DNA from: Podarcis muralis
Taxonomy: Eukaryota
Length of the DNA: 64,000 bases
Direction: 5' to 3'
NCBI RefSeq assembly: GCF_964188315.1
Contig: NC_135663.1
Coordinates: 19,530,001 to 19,594,000, forward strand
Position numbers and translations under genes: made by a program. The notes under the pieces are model-generated. The model was not told the origin of the DNA. It saw only the letters and a program-made list of their open reading frames with translations, and made no database searches. Position 1 is the first letter of the stretch; every line of letters begins with the position of its first letter. Shown here piece after piece: positions 24,126-37,140 of the stretch.

Positions 24126-27002
24126 CTCTTTCTGGTTGAACTGCAACCTTAGTAAGTGTCAGTGCACACTTCCCCAATGAACTTCACAGAGTTTATTTCT
24201 GAATATGTTTGTATTATTACAGCATGTGAAGTTTCATGCAACTTTTTTATCATTGCTTCAGAGGAACACAGGGTTTGGCCACTGAGCCCAACACTAAGCA
24301 TTTAGGATCAGGATGTAAGTGTGAACCTAAACACACTTAATTGGAAGCAGGAGCAACTAAAATTGTCGGAAGTTATTTACGTGGATGTTCTGAAAGACTT
24401 GCAGAGTTCGGTTTTGCCTTGAATTTTCACTATAAATTGATTATGAAGGAAAGCAGGACAGACAAAAGCAGATCATTACATCTCCTGACAGCAACAAGGA
24501 AGCAGGAGAGCAGTGTGCAAAAGACTTTTTGATCATAAAGTGCCATGTGAATGAGAAATGTTTCTTGTCTTGTAAGAAGTAACAAAGATTTATATCCTTC
24601 ATTTTTAATTGCTCAAAAAGTTGCTTGAGTAAGGGTACAGAGCTAGCAGCGGTTGACTAAAAGCTTTCAAAGGAAAACTTTGCAAACCGAGCTCCCTTTA
24701 AAGTATTTTTTAAGCCCCCATACTTGCCATTAAAACCCAGTAATTGCTGTTCTGGATGCATGTCTTTTATTTTGGTCCTTTTAAGTGGGAAGAGATCTTG
24801 TAAAGATACAGGAGGATTATTTTCATGACTGTTCAGTGGCAAGAAAAAAATCTCATTGGTAATGCCAGAATTTCTGACTAATGGTTTTCCCCGCTGCATC
24901 TCCTTTTTGCTTTTGTTTCTCATTGAAACTATTCCCACAGAATTAGTGAAATTCTAGTAACGTATGACAGGCCTATTTGATGAAGAGACACTCCCACCCC
25001 AATACTAAGGTCTCCAGTTAGTACAAAAGAGGGTTTAAGTTAATTGAACTGAAGCTAAAACGTATACCATAAATTATTGGACTCCATAAGATTTCTGTTT
25101 CTGTTTTGTTACAGGTATCTTAAGTATCTTTCAAAAGCTGGCTGGTGGAATCATCATCCTTTCAAATAGTGATTACTGGAGTTTTACAATCCTAACTCAA
25201 AACTACAGCCCATCTTTGATTTTTGTTTATAAGAACCCCAGAAGGTTTTAGCCACATGGTCTTGCTCTGTCATCTCACGTCACAGTGGGTGGACGCAGCT
25301 GACCATTTATCATGTGGTAACTTCCCATGTTATGCATACAACCACATCTGCAATGGTCAGTACTGACACAACATTTCCACAAATTTCACTGGTAAATATG
25401 GAGGGGCCATTTTGGAGATTTTCAGGAGTTGAGAAAAAGGAGCAAAAGGAGGCACCGTTGGTTGAACAGGAATTATCCTCTTATTCAACCCTATGTCCTT
25501 AACTTCCCATGTTTTGGATAAGATGCTGATGTGTGGTTGTGGTTGAAAGTCCATCATGGTAAGATACCAGTTAGAAAGTGGTTGACTATGTCCTGGCTGA
25601 TGACTGGCAGTTCTAACAACTGGATTGATTATATAGTCAGCTAGTCTGAAGTAAAGCGTAACCAAAGAGAGGCCATGAACCCGATTTTGCCTCATTTGGT
25701 CATTAGATATATCCTTTTAACCTGTTAAGATATATCTTTAAACTAGCAAAAAACAGACTGAAGTACTGTTATCTTATGTTAAATGAATGAGGGAATGAAG
25801 GACAGCAGAGAGTGTGATGTCTTTATGGTATATGGTTTATTTACATGTATATACAACCTAAGCCTACGATTGTGGCACTCACAGCATTAACACCCCCCAA
25901 AATCTTGCTTCTTCCATAGTCACAGTCTCTGATTGAAGCAGAAATCAAGCATGGCTCTGTCTCTCTGGCTGCTGCCACCAGCCTGCTTTTAGCCCAGCTT
26001 CCATCTTTCTCACTATCAGCCAGGTAAGGAAGGTTGCCCAGCCATGTGTCCTCTGGCGCAGAACAACCTCCTTTGTTATACCAACTTGGGTCCATTAACT
26101 CACCAAGAAGCTGGCCTAGATATTCAACATTTGAATCTTCCATTAGACTTTAACCCTTGCTGGATCCAGGACCCCGTGAATTACAAGAGGCTCAGGCATC
26201 TTGCAGGCTAACTCCCCCCCCCCCAAAAAAAACTCACAACAATGTGCATTATCAGATTTTGTTTTGCAGCAACCATTCTTACATGGTTACTTAAGGCTTT
26301 TGGAAATAAGCAGCACAATGCATTCTGCCATTAATACTGAACTGCTTCTTTCCACAAATAAACCAAGATTGCTTTCATAATGCAGGCTGAACAAAATGAA
26401 CATAGAAATGGTATTAACCTATGTGATAGGAATAAACATCCAACTTTCTTCTACACAAGATGTCTAATTTTTTAAAACTTTACCAAAAGTTATGTTTGCA
26501 CACTAAGCACTAATGTGTTACTTTTATAGATGCATATAATGCTCCTTAAGTAGTCTCCACTCCTTGAATCTTTGCTCTGTCTCCCCTTCACTTAGAAAAC
26601 TATTCTTGCACCTCTGTCTCAAATGGCTAGTTTCTTTATCAGCCCACTACACAACTTGGCGTGTGCATGTTCTCACCACTAGAGCAGCAGCTTTTGCTCA
26701 AAGTTTCTGTTGAGAAACCCTTAAAAGCTTACAAAGTTACAGAGAACTTAAACTAGCTGCACTAGTCTAAAAGTGTGGAAGTGGGTGCATTGGGTGCTAC
26801 TGAACACATGCATGCATCTTATCCCTATTCCTTTCCTACCCAGTCAATGTACTATCTAAATTTGCATATGTTCATGGATCTCCACAAGCATGCACCATAT
26901 AATATGTGCAACATCAGAGAGTAAAAGCTGGTAGGTAAAGCTTGCATAAATATTTACTCTTTCAACTATTATTCTACCATTCATTGAGAGAATGGATTAG
27001 AT

Positions 27003-27543
27003 CAGGGGCCAGCAAACCTTTTCAGGAGGGGGCTGGTCCACTGTCCCTCAGACCTTGTGGGGGGCCAGACCCACCCTCTCCTAAGAGCAACCCCCTCCAG
27101 AAAGGACAGCCCTCTCCTGAAAGGCCTGCGACCACTCACACCACAGCTGCTGATGCCACCTAGTCTTCGGCCGTGTAGTCGTCATCCTCTGCCTCGGCCA
27201 GGGGTCTGCAGGGCGCAGAGCCCAAGCCGCTGGCCTGGGCGGCAGAGGCAACTGCCCCACCACTGCCGCTTCCTCCCACTCAGCTCTTGGCCATACGCGG
27301 CCAGCTCAGCAGGAAGGAAAGGGTGTCGCCCAGAGGCGTTTGCAGCTTCGGATTGGCTGCAAGAGCTTCCTGTGGCCAATCCGAAGCCACGCCAGCATCA
27401 CAGAAGTCAGCCGCCGTGCCGCACTGTGCCTGTTTAGCGCAAGCACTGACTGAGTAGGCAGCAGGGTCTGCAAGGTCCACGTGACGGATTAATGAGCCTG
27501 GTGGGCTGCATCCGGCCCCTGGGCCTTAGTTTGCCAATCCCTG
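27003..27543. mobile_element. Young hAT (Charlie/Buster-like) MITE, CpG-rich interior
   Basis: CAGGGGCCAGCAAAC / AGTTTGCCAATCCCTG termini with a perfect 8-bp TSD GATTAGAT. Confidence 0.9.
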
Positions 27544-27583
27544 GATTAGATGTATTATCTTATATTCATCTACCAGGCATTCA

Positions 27584-27761
27584 ACATAGGGAGCTGCCTT
27601 ATACCATCCAAGCATTAGTCCATCTGGTTCATGCTCTTCAATACTAACTAGCGGTGATTCTCCAGGGTTTCATATAGGAGCCTCTCCCAGCCCTACATAA
27701 AGACCCCAGCTATCTTCGGCATGCTAAACATATGCTCTACCACTGAGCTACAAACCTTCCC
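27584..27761 (-). mobile_element. tRNA-derived SINE (same family as 62927-63085)
   Basis: The reverse strand begins GTAGCTCAGTGGTAGAGCAT (tRNA A-box-like) and ends ...TATAAGGCAGCTCCCTATG. Confidence 0.7.
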
Positions 27762-29229
27762 TGAGTTTTGATGGTTTGCTGAATATACAAGGTCTATAGT
27801 ATGCAGCCACTTTCACAACCAATTTTGCATTATCTTTACAGTTTCCATCTGCACAGCGTTCTTAGTTCTAAACATTAACTCAATTCTATAGTTCTCGCAG
27901 CTCATAAATACCCACATATATAATTTTGTCAACAAATGAAACATTTTAATTTAATAGGGGGAATTGTTAGAAACAGAATGTTAACATATTGGAAGGCTTG
28001 CATATGACTAGTGGTTTGAAGCCAAAAGATGATTGGAGGCAAGTAGGCGAATGTTAAAGGGTTCTGCACATATTGCAAAGAGTTAGTTATTCTTGTATCC
28101 CATAATACAGGATACCCAGGAACTAAAGTTTGGCAGGGCTTCTAGGCTCTTTCCACAAATTCTCTGAAAAAGTTTGCAAAGAATAAGGCTATTTCAAACT
28201 GAAATGGGGTAGATGGTGTTCTGCATAGCAAGCAACCACATAGGCATTAATCTTTCGTAATGATTATGTATCCACTGGCCATACACTTAGGAACACTTGT
28301 TGATACTTGCACAGGTTTTTGCTAATGGACTGGTAATAGAAGTGGGAGAAGGAGGTCATAGTAATATTTCATAGTAGTTATAAGTGTGACAGAAAAGTGA
28401 TTAATTACTGCTCTATTCCAATCCCAGCTTGCACATTAGCTTACCAAAAAACCCTCTGTCTCCACAATGGCATTACAGAAACAGCACAATGACTATTTTC
28501 ACAAGACACTTTAAAATAACAACCTATCAAAATGGGGTTGGATGCCAGCAGCATTTGGGCATTAAGCTGTTTGTATTTTAGGAGCCTCTGATATCTGGGT
28601 TAAGAGCTTGTAGTTCACTGCTTGGTTTTCAGCATGAACAGCAGAGCTCTGTAAAGAATACAATTCTTTTTTTTAATGCACTGTCACTTATGATTTCCAT
28701 TTTTTGCATTTCAATTATGCGATGAATGTTTTCAAAATATATTTCTCCATGAACATCTGCTTCAGCAGGTCTGGATATTTATTGCCCGAAGAGTGCTGCA
28801 ATTTAAGCTAGGTTTAACAGAGGCACACATGTGCACAGCATGGGGTATGAAGAATTTCAGGTTCTTACTAACTGACATGCTTAAAAGATATGCATCTATC
28901 TCTAAACGTGCCTACATTAAAGGAAAAAAACTCACTGTGCATTAGAATACATTTTGCTTCTCCTTGTGCAGGCAATTTCCACCCCTGACTTCAATGCATC
29001 CCCCTCCTCCGCTTGAACCTAGGCTGTGCAAATCACAGTGAGTGGCTAACCTGCAGTTCAGCAGCCACCAGTGGCACAGGCCATGGGAAATGTGGTCACC
29101 AACCCTTGAAAGGAAAAAGTTCTGGTACCAGCTGTGTAACCATCTTGGCTGTGGGTCCTAGAAGACCTGCTCCCTGTATTTTTCCACTTGGCCTGGGAGG
29201 CCCAGGCCATGACTGACTCCAGCTACAAA

Positions 29230-29470
29230 AGCTGCGGCTGCTGAACAGACTCTTGGGTTGGGATATTGTTTAGGGGTTTTGTTGTTGGGTAGTTGTTACT
29301 TTTTAATGTTTATTTTAGATCTTGTGATTTATGTTGAAGTTGCTCGTTTGGGTTGTGTGTGTTTTAAAGTATCATTTATTGTTTATGACTACTTTTGTTA
29401 TGTTGTAGTTATGTATTCTTTACATTTTGTAAGCTGACTTGAGCATGTTTTGAACTGTGGAAAGCCTGTG
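29230..29470 (+). mobile_element. L2-type 3' tail
   Basis: T-rich tail ending TGTAAGCTGACTTGAGCATG...GGAAAGCC. Confidence 0.55.
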
Positions 29471-29987
29471 AATCTATGCTGCTGGCCCAACAAACTGACA
29501 CCTAGATGAATAGGAAACCTGTAGAGGAATATGGTATATTTGTAGACCATAGTAGCCCAGTCTTAAATGTGGATTCTTGTGCTGAACCAAATACCTGGGT
29601 AGGCAGAGCTGGAAAAGACTGACCCTCCGCCTGCTTCCCCACCCAGGTCTTGGTTATACAGACTGGATCAGTGGCTTATCCATGATTAAATAATGGATTA
29701 CAGAGAACTTATTATAGACTGACCTGGCATCTACAGAGACTCAAGGGCAAGACAACAAATATTTGGTTGGAAGAATAGTCAGAACATGGCAGAGACTTCA
29801 GTTATCTGTTTCAACCATCCAACCCTCAGCTGTGAATCATGTTTACCCCATTGGGCCCACACACAATCCACCACCAGAAAACTCTCCTATTCTTCTACCT
29901 GCCTCAGCAAAACAAAACCCATCACCCCTCATCAAGCCACCAAGAAACAAAACCACAAACAGTTCCCAAGCCATTAGAAGTAAATCT

Positions 29988-30046
29988 CTTCCAGTAGCAC
30001 CTTAAAGACCAACTAAGTTAGTTCTTGGTATGAGCTTTCGTGTAAG
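29988..30046. mobile_element. Penelope-like terminal fragment
   Basis: CTTCCAGTAGCACCTTAAAGACCAACTAAG...GGTATGAGCTTTCGTG, flanked by the 13-bp direct repeat TAGAAGTAAATCT. Confidence 0.6.
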
Positions 30047-30454
30047 TAGAAGTAAATCTGTTAGCTAAAATATCTGAAGGTGGGTCCTTGCCCCTTGCAC
30101 TCGCCCTCCCAAAGGGGCTAGACTCCTTTTGTGTCTCTGCTGTCACCGGGGGCACTGCTACCCACATAAGGCAGAACAATTTATCTGGCCCCACCCAGAA
30201 GTCTTGGTCTTAGAGGCCAACTGATATTAGTCCACAGGGCAGATGTTTTCCAGGCAGAGATGATCTTGCCTTACTGCAAAACTCGAAGATCCTTACTGTC
30301 TTCAGGGTGGGGCCTGTATTTTTGCTTATGTTGTCACATATGCCACCTCTACTTATGACAGTGTATAAATAAATTCATGCAATGTGAGTAACCGCATGCA
30401 TCCATAAACATCAATTATGCACACTCTCTTACACACTGTGATCGTGAAAAATTA

Positions 30455-30704
30455 CCGTATTTTTTGCTCTATAAGACTCACTTTTTCCCTCCTAAAAAGT
30501 AAGGGGAAATGTGTGTGCGTCTTATGGAGCGAATGCAGACTGCACAGCTATCCCAGAAGCCAGAACAGCAAGAGGGATCACTGCACAGCGATCCCTCTTG
30601 CTGTTCTGGCTTCTGAGATTCAGAATTTTTTTTTTCTTGTTTTCCTCCTCTAAAAACTAGGTGTGTCTTGTGGTCTGGTGCGTCTTATAGAGCGAAAAAT
30701 ACGG
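30455..30704. mobile_element. Tc1/mariner-type MITE with an internal perfect hairpin
   Basis: TIR CCGTATTTTTTGCTCTATAAGAC / GTCTTATAGAGCGAAAAATACGG with TA TSDs. Confidence 0.9.
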
Positions 30705-32981
30705 TACATACAAAGACTTTACATGTTATTGAAAGTTCCCAGTACACTTCTCCCCAAACAACTGAGGCTTTATTCCCCCACACATTTACCTGAAAATAAG
30801 ACTAATGCAATTCAATGAGACACACATTTAAAGAGACAAGGCTGCTTGGCTTTCATTAACTTTGAGGTCTTTTTAGTTACATCTCTGCTTTCTTCTGCTT
30901 CTTATTGGTTTGGCTGATTACAGGTACTTTGCTCTTACATATCTACTTCTACCAGATGATATTTGATTTCCTATAATGTACATTGTTTTAGAAAAATTAC
31001 AGATGTCCCATTTGTGCATTATGTGAAAATTCCAATGTACATTTAGCTGACATAGCATCAGCTGCTGTTTAAACTGGGCTTAGCTAATGGACTTTTAATG
31101 TCAGTGGGGTTATATGCAGTGAGTGGCTATTAGCAGGAATACACCATTTTTATTTTTTTAAACCTCTTTTCCTCAAGTGTGTTTCTTTTAAGAAGGCTCC
31201 TTCCTTTGATTTAATGACTGTCACTGAATGCAAAACAAACTTGACGTCTCTGGAATCTGATGTTATCTGTAGAACCAACTCATTAACCTCAGTCCAACCT
31301 TACAATTGTCAAAATACACATTGCGATTGGGGCCAGGGGTTTAGCAAATTTATAAAAGGCAAAGAGCCAAGAGACTCCATATAACCTCACTCAAGAAAAT
31401 AGTGTTACACAGATCTCCATCATAAGGTTCCTTTCTTGAGAAAAACAGTGGTCTGACTCTTCCCAAGATGAGAACAAGATGTGGTCCAACTAATGTTTAA
31501 GGTCTCTGTAGAAAACTTGTGCAATTAAGGCAAAATTACTTAGACGAAACTCAGCTGTGAGATACACCAGATGAGGGGTTTGTGGTGTATCACTTAGTTT
31601 TAGTTATTTGAAGTCCATTTATTCTGTGATCTCTTATAAATGCACATTCAAGAGACACACACATCACATCCGGATATTTCATCCCACAAAAATTATTGCA
31701 GAGGAAGGAAATAAGTGAACGTTTACCACACACACACAAATAGTTGGAGAGCTTCACTGAACTAGTGATCACTACTCAGAAGTATGTAAGGATTTGTTTT
31801 GTTCTGAAAAAATAAGGACCTTTAAAATAACATTGCAAGACGAAGCAGACAAATCAAAAACAGTTATCCCCATTGATGAATGTGTAATACAAAAATGGCA
31901 CTGCTGCATTCTGCATGAAGGGTAACTCTGCACATTGCACTTAAAACACTATTATTGGAAAATACATCTGTGCTACACCCTAATTTCCAGATGTGTGTAT
32001 AAGAGAGAAACTCTGTGGGTGACATCCAATGCTACCCAACTGCCTGTGCATGGAAATCTACAGTACATGCACAATGGGTCTTCCACTTTCCAGCCCACCA
32101 CAAGCCCCCGAAATCTGCTAGGCGGGTGGCCTCCAGGGCTGAGTGGGACATTTACCCTCGTCTCCAAGACCGCAGTACAACCCTAACTACCACACCACAC
32201 TGATTCTCTTTTGGAGTGGGGAAGAGAAACACGGCCCTTGAAGCCAAATTCTTCCAAATATACTTACAGATTGTTCATGCTCTGTTTTCTTGTGTGCAGA
32301 ACATACAACAAAAAATAAATGAAGACTTCCATCAGAATAAATGAAATTCCCCTTAATAAGAACACATACACAAATTCCTTGGATGTAAGAAGCACAATTA
32401 GGTTTCTCAGACTTTTAGAGTCTGCACCCAAGGGAGAATCCAAGGTAAATCCAAATTTGGGTCTTTTCTCACAGGATTTGCTGATAATCCGCATAGCTTA
32501 ACATTTCAACCTCTTAGCAATAAACTCACTTTGCTTTGAGAAAACTGACTAAAAGGGGAAATCAGCTGCTGCCTGATGGAATCCTACTGAATTAGCATCA
32601 CAGTTGCTAAACATGAATATATATATATAAATTTTATTAAGATTTTTTTTTATTTGGGTCAGGTCTGCAAAGAATACAATCAATTTTGACATCAATGTAA
32701 CAGTCACAACAAAACCCAGAGAATATTATAAATTATACAAATGTATTCCTCCAAAAAGAGTACTGGAAAGTCAGGGGATGCATTTCTTCTTTATGATTAT
32801 TTATATACACAAAAAGGGCAGCCACACTTCATGAATTTTATCCTGCTGTAATCCTCCCCTGGGCCATTCTACAACTACATGCCAACTTTTCAACTAATGC
32901 TGTTTAGTGATGTCACAACACAGCATGTACAGCAGGATCCACTCTTTTTTTGCCCCGGATTTCTTGGTTGGAATGTGCATG

Positions 32982-33107
32982 GAAACAGATTTATGTTAAA
33001 CATTAAGAGAAACTTCTTAAGGTAAGCAACAGACTGGCTCAGGAAGTGGAAGGCTCTTCTTCACTGTAGGTATTTAAGGGGAGGCCGACAGCCATCTGTC
33101 AAGGATG
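32982..33107 (+). mobile_element. Old CR1 3' fragment
   Basis: Degenerate ...AAACATTAAGAGAAACTTCTTAA...GAAGTGG...GTATTTAAG...GCCATCTGTCAAGGATG. Confidence 0.55.
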
Positions 33108-34193
33108 ACAACTCTGCATCTAGCCTTGCAGGTCTGCCATGACCTGCAAGGACTTTTAACATTCTATGTTAAACATTCTATGTTAAAAGATAAGTTTTCT
33201 TACGGTATGGTGATTATTGGCTTGTGGTAACACGGAGGCAAATCTTTTCAAGGGTAACAGCTGTCTTGTGAATTGCTGTCCCTGATGAAATATGAGAGGC
33301 TCCATCAGAACTGGTACTCCACCGGCTCCTGAAGATATATCTGTTTAGACAACCATGCCCCTGGTCTCTTGACTTCAACTTCCTGATCTAATTGCTTTAA
33401 GTGTTTAAATGGGTTTGTTTTATTGTACACTTCATTATGGGTGTTTACATCTTTGGATGAAATTGTGTATTTTAATTATGTTATTTTTTTATAATGTTAC
33501 ACTTGCATATCAAGTAAGCAGTATAAAGATTAAAAGCATTGCTCATACCACATCCATAGAGGTGGCAAGGGGAATGAATCCAATGTTTTCACAGACTGAA
33601 AGCTAAAAGGAAGCAAGGGGACAATTTTCAGGAATGGTGCTGATAAAAGCAGGTCAGAAGAATAATGTTAGGGGGTGTGCCATAATGAGGACTGAATAAA
33701 AGATCCAACAGAGAGATAAGTTATCTAGTGAGATTAGAATCTGGGCTAATGTTCCTGACACAATTTTAAGCAAATTGGATTCATTAGACGGGCCCTTCTT
33801 TCTGAATAATGAAATACGGCTTTGTCCTTAGGCTTTAATTACCTTGTTACCCCAGACAGCTATGGTGACAGATATGGCATGAATGAGTACTGAACAAGTT
33901 GGACTTCATAAAGCTGGCTGGTATATTTTTAAAAGGCAGCTCAATTTTGTACCAATCTGTGCAGGAAATCTGTCAAAAGTGGAGGGGAGGGGAAAGCTCT
34001 CCAAGAGACCAAAACTACCTTGCAGTTCCATGTTTTCAAACTGGTTGTGCTTGGAATGTGTGGATCAGATCCCTCTAGCACACAATATGAACCCCTGGAA
34101 TCAATGAACTAGAGTCAACAATTTCAGTGGGTCTGCTATGAATATCATTCTGTTGGATGCTACCCACTTACAGCTTTATAGTAGTTCATTCTA

Positions 34194-34539
34194 TTTTTTA
34201 AAAAAATATTTTTTATTAAATTTCCATTTACCAAACCAATCATATCATATTAATTAATTATTCCAAATTATACCAATACATATCACAGAGTCCAAATATT
34301 CAACCGAATTTTAATTTTTTTTGTGGGGGGTACCCATGCTTCGAGTTCGGTAGGAGTCCAATCATCTTATATTTCTGCTGCTTTGATATTCACAGTCCCA
34401 TCTTCCCATCTCCTTGTTATCCTTTTTCTTCTTAATAACCTCCAAGTTGTTTCCACAAGCGAGTTGAAAGGAACGTTGTTTATATTTCTGTGTGAACTTT
34501 GTAATGCTCTCCCGTAACTTATCTCACGTAGATCCATAA
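34194..34539 (-). mobile_element. 5'-truncated retroposed insert (probably L1-clade, a different family from the two at 3-5 kb)
   Basis: 14-bp TSD AGTAGTTCATTCTA (34180-34193 / 34540-34553), AATAAA plus an A-rich tail on the minus strand, and a short ORF tail ending ...GTVNIKAAEI*. Confidence 0.65.
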
Positions 34540-35999
34540 AGTAGTTCATTCTAAGCCCTGCCCATACAGATACCAATGCCATGACTAATTTCATAATGGC
34601 ATGCTGGCAAGGCTCAAATTTCTGTTGCATGCAGGTCTAGTATATGGGAGTGTCATAATTTACACTGTTTATAACCATCTCTGGACCTGCTTCTCACTAT
34701 GAAAATACTTTAAGGCACAGTGACTAGAGCAAAAGTCCCATTGAGACTGATTAACCTCAGAGTAAATATGTTTATAGGTTTGCTTCAAGGATGAGCAACT
34801 TAAGGTCAAGTTGGATGTGATGTTGCTACTGGTTTCTCCCAATGCAAATAGTAATTTCAAAGGAATGGTTTATCTTTGAGGCTGTAGCAGAGGAGGAAAG
34901 GGTTAAATTTTCCTTCTCACCTGCTATGATCCTGATAATAACCAGCCCCCTCAGTGGCTCCTATTTGCATTTAAAAAACACTGTGCATATTAAATGCAAA
35001 TATACATTTAATGTCACACAGAGCAGAAACTCAGAGTTGCAGCGATCAGCCTGTTTTAGGCAATTATCATTTACATAATCTGTGTTAATGAATACTGTGG
35101 GTACAAAGCTACAAAGTTGGCAGATTGACACACTATTTCAGAATCTTAAAGTTACCTTAATATTGAGAAATGAGACAGCAATTAACAAGCGTTGAAGTAC
35201 GGGCACATTTAATCTAGGGTTTTCCTTACTTGCTTCCCAAGAGTCAGCACATTTAGCTTGGGCAAAACATCCATAAAAGGTTAAGTGCAGTAAATTAAAG
35301 TTTTGGTAAAGCTGGTGAAAAATATTTCCCTCAAGCTTCTATGCATTCTCATATCTAATCTTGTCACAAATCAAACTTCATAAATTATCATTATTCTTGC
35401 ATAATATACTTGTCTAAATTTCCATTTTTTGTGTACTATCATATGGCGAAGAGTCATAGAACAAATGTTAGATGGATAGTTAGCTACATTCCTTTTTAAA
35501 ATACATAAGCACACTGCTTATAAACATTATTTAAAAATGTCACATTGAAATGAAGCATCTGTAGAACTGAGAGGTCAAAGAACTATGTTAATATGAGTTT
35601 GACATTTCCCTGCTTTCCCTTGTTTCTGTTTGTTTGTGTCTCCCTACACTTTCAGCACATTAATTGCAAAATGCTGCAAATTAAGTCATTGCTTAGATAA
35701 AATTTGCACTGCAGAGGCTTAATATCATTTCCTTAAGATTGCCTGTTTAACAATATTATGATAGAATGAGCTCAAGTGGTGTCTTAACGTGAGACTGGGA
35801 GCTCTGTGGAGTACTTGCAATAAATCACTTCCTGCATTTGTGTTCTTTTTGAGGCCTTGAAAGCAGTTAGTCTTGAACTATGACTTCATACAGGAAGAGG
35901 AACTGCCTGTCTCTTTTATTCTTCACACTTGATCCCTAACTTGGCCTTTGACAGCAAAACCCTATTCACATCTACACAGAAGTAAACTCCACTGAGTTC

Positions 36000-36366
36000 C
36001 AGACCCTCCAAGTGTCCCTATTTTCCAGGGACAGTCCCGGATTTACAGAAGCCACCCTTGGTTTCTGATTTGATCCTAGAATGTCCCACTTTTCCTTAGG
36101 ACGTTCCTATTTTCATCAGAGAAATGTTGGAGGGTATGGAGTTATGCGGCCCCCAATCCAAGGAAATAAGTAACCATACAACCTTTAGAAGACAACTAAA
36201 GGCAGCCTTCTATAGGGAAGGTTTTCAATTTTTAATGTTTTGTTAGATTTTTATATATGTTGGAAGCTGGATATCTGGGGTAACGCAGCCAGATAAATAA
36301 TAAAATCATTATTATGGAATAGGACGTGCCTGTTTTCATTAGAGAAATGTTGGAGGGTATGGAGTT
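36000..36366 (+). mobile_element. Composite element: MITE arm + L2-type tail + duplicated 47-bp arm end
   Basis: The arm 36000-36143 matches 59826-59968 in reverse. 47-bp direct repeats at 36097-36143 and 36320-36366 (3 mismatches) bracket an L2-like tail. Confidence 0.65.
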
Positions 36367-36489
36367 CTAGGAGGTTCACCCCAAGGTAAGTGGGTATAGA
36401 ACTCTAGCCTAAAGTGCTTAAACTGTTTCATCACAGAACATAGAGCCTAAAGGCAGGACTCTGAGGAAATGACTAACACCAGCAGTCAA

Positions 36490-37140
36490 GAGTTCATTTT
36501 ACCGGCTGCAGTCCTTTCTGAAAAGGGGAGACTAACCACAATGACTCATGCTCTAGCCAAAACTAGACTAGAATACTGTAATGTACTCAAAGTGGGACTG
36601 CCTTTAAAGGCAGTTCGTAAACTTCAGCAGGCTCAATATGCTGCTATACTAGATTCCTGATAGTGGCATAGTAGTCAGCTTCATTCAGTATCATCCAGTG
36701 CAGTTCCAGGCTCAATTGAAAATGCTGGTGTTAATGTTTAAAGTCCTAAATGTCTTGGGCCCAAGCATTCTGCCCCCACACTCTGAGAGGCTCAGTCCTG
36801 GTACAGCCACTCATAGGTCTGTGAAGTGTGCAACCATAGCCTTTGCTATGCTGCTTCAACATCTCTGGAATAGAGCTGTTGTGGGCAGTTACACGTCGGG
36901 CATTTCAGAAGGCCTTAAAAACTCATGTTATTTTATTGGCCTCCCCTTAGTAATTTTTTTTTGTCCTCCTCGTCACATGGAGGCTGTAATATTTGTATGT
37001 TGCTCAAGTTCTGACTCTGTTTTATTCTTGTGGATCTGTTTTTGTTTTAGTAATTGACCGGTTTTTATAATTGTCACTTTCACTGTTGTAAGCTGCTTTG
37101 GACGGGCTTTCCCTGGAAAAGCGGCATATTAAATATTTGA
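36490..37140 (+). mobile_element. Old L2 LINE ORF2 3' part and tail
   Basis: HALAKTRLEYCNVLKVGLPLKAVRKLQQAQYAA; QFQAQLKMLVLMFKVLNVLGP; tail TGTAAGCTGCTTTGG...AAAGCGGCATATTAAAT. Confidence 0.8.
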
